From Lama glama (lineage: Eukaryota), in the NCBI GenBank assembly GCA_028534125.1, contig CM052817.1:4652001-4716000 (forward strand): 64,000 nt of DNA. The letters are read 5' to 3'. Positions 63,143 through 64,000 of the stretch are shown piece by piece. The position numbers and the translations under genes are program-made. Within the stretch, counting starts at the first letter, position 1, and every line of letters begins with the position of its first letter. The notes under the pieces were generated by a model, which was not told where the DNA came from, ran no database searches, and worked only from the letters and a program-made list of their open reading frames with translations.

Positions 63143-64000
63143 GATTAAAGGAACGTGCTCTAAAACCATAAAAGCAAGTACAATTAGCGTTAATAGTATT
63201 ATTAACTATGACACATGCAGTATTTGAATTTTAAAAGGTAATGTTTTTAAGGGCTCCAAAAGGTAGCGTTCATGTGAGTTTTAAATGTTTCTATTCCTTT
63301 AAGAGTGGACACGGATAGAAAATTCAGCTCCTCAAACCCCTTTCTCACCAAGGGCTTCTTATGTTTGGCAAAACTTTTGTCACATGTCTCAGAAGACCTT
63401 TTGGAAAAATCATCCCAGCTCAGATCTTTGGCCAAAAATAGGAGGTCAAGCCCCACGGTGCACTTCTCAAATGGATGGAAACCCAGCTGCGCAGGTCTCG
63501 GAAGTCCCGGCCAGTCTCTGGAAGCAGACATTCCACCTGACTCGGAGGCCTTCTGCCAGCTGAGACCATTAGCCAATAGCTGCACTTTCACAAAATCAGG
63601 CAGAGCTCATTTTAATTTTGTTCTCTGTTTAGAAACTGACGTCCAGAGAGGTCAGACTCAGGGTATCTCCTCCGCGTCGCCACAGTGACCCGCGCACGTC
63701 TGCATACCAGCATCTCCTCTGCAGGCTGCGGGCAATCCGAGGACACGGGCCCAGCTAGATTCACTTCTGTGTCCCCAGGTCCCCGTCCAGGATTATGACA
63801 CATCTGTCAAAGGACTGGATGAGAATCTTCTATGGGAGCTGACACAGCAGTTGTCCTGCCCCTGTCCCCTTGGCACTTCACACCTGCGACAGCGTCCGCG
63901 TCCCACGGGAGGAGGGGAACCTTTTCTTTGCTCAAGAGCTTTCTCTAGTTGCAGAAGCACACTTGGTCCAGGCAAGACACATGTCGCTGTGCGGGGAAGG

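Noticed and set aside
63305..63688. ORF containing LAKNRRS, reminiscent of STK32B ...RLAKNRSR
   Set aside because: Wrong strand for STK32B and no further similarity; the penultimate STK32B exon appears to lie outside the window.

Overview
This is mammalian (eutherian) genomic DNA, not microbial. The young L1 3' tails and the absence of recognisable Alu, Bov-A/BovB, PRE1 or CAN SINEs point to a cetartiodactyl, possibly a camelid (inference). Two genes converge tail-to-tail. On + are the last six coding exons of EVC2/limbin (8428-33000, all GT-AG, reading frame continuous, AATAAA at 33416). On - are the terminal coding exon and ~1.9 kb 3'UTR of STK32B (CDS 50108-50246, AATAAA at 48192). The remainder is intron or intergenic DNA rich in L1, L2, MIR, MaLR/ERVL, ERV1 solo LTRs and DNA transposons. 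The gap between the genes holds a 5'-truncated EEF1A1 processed pseudogene. I found no convincing previously undescribed biological system. The best leads are: a 72-bp exact templated duplication with a repair-like junction scar (58467/59695), two TSD-intact solo LTRs (one with a duplicated terminus), a two-variant minisatellite in the last STK32B intron, and a motif-dense candidate enhancer near 54.3 kb. Repeat family names and human comparisons are from memory, not database searches, and repeat boundaries are approximate unless a TSD is given.
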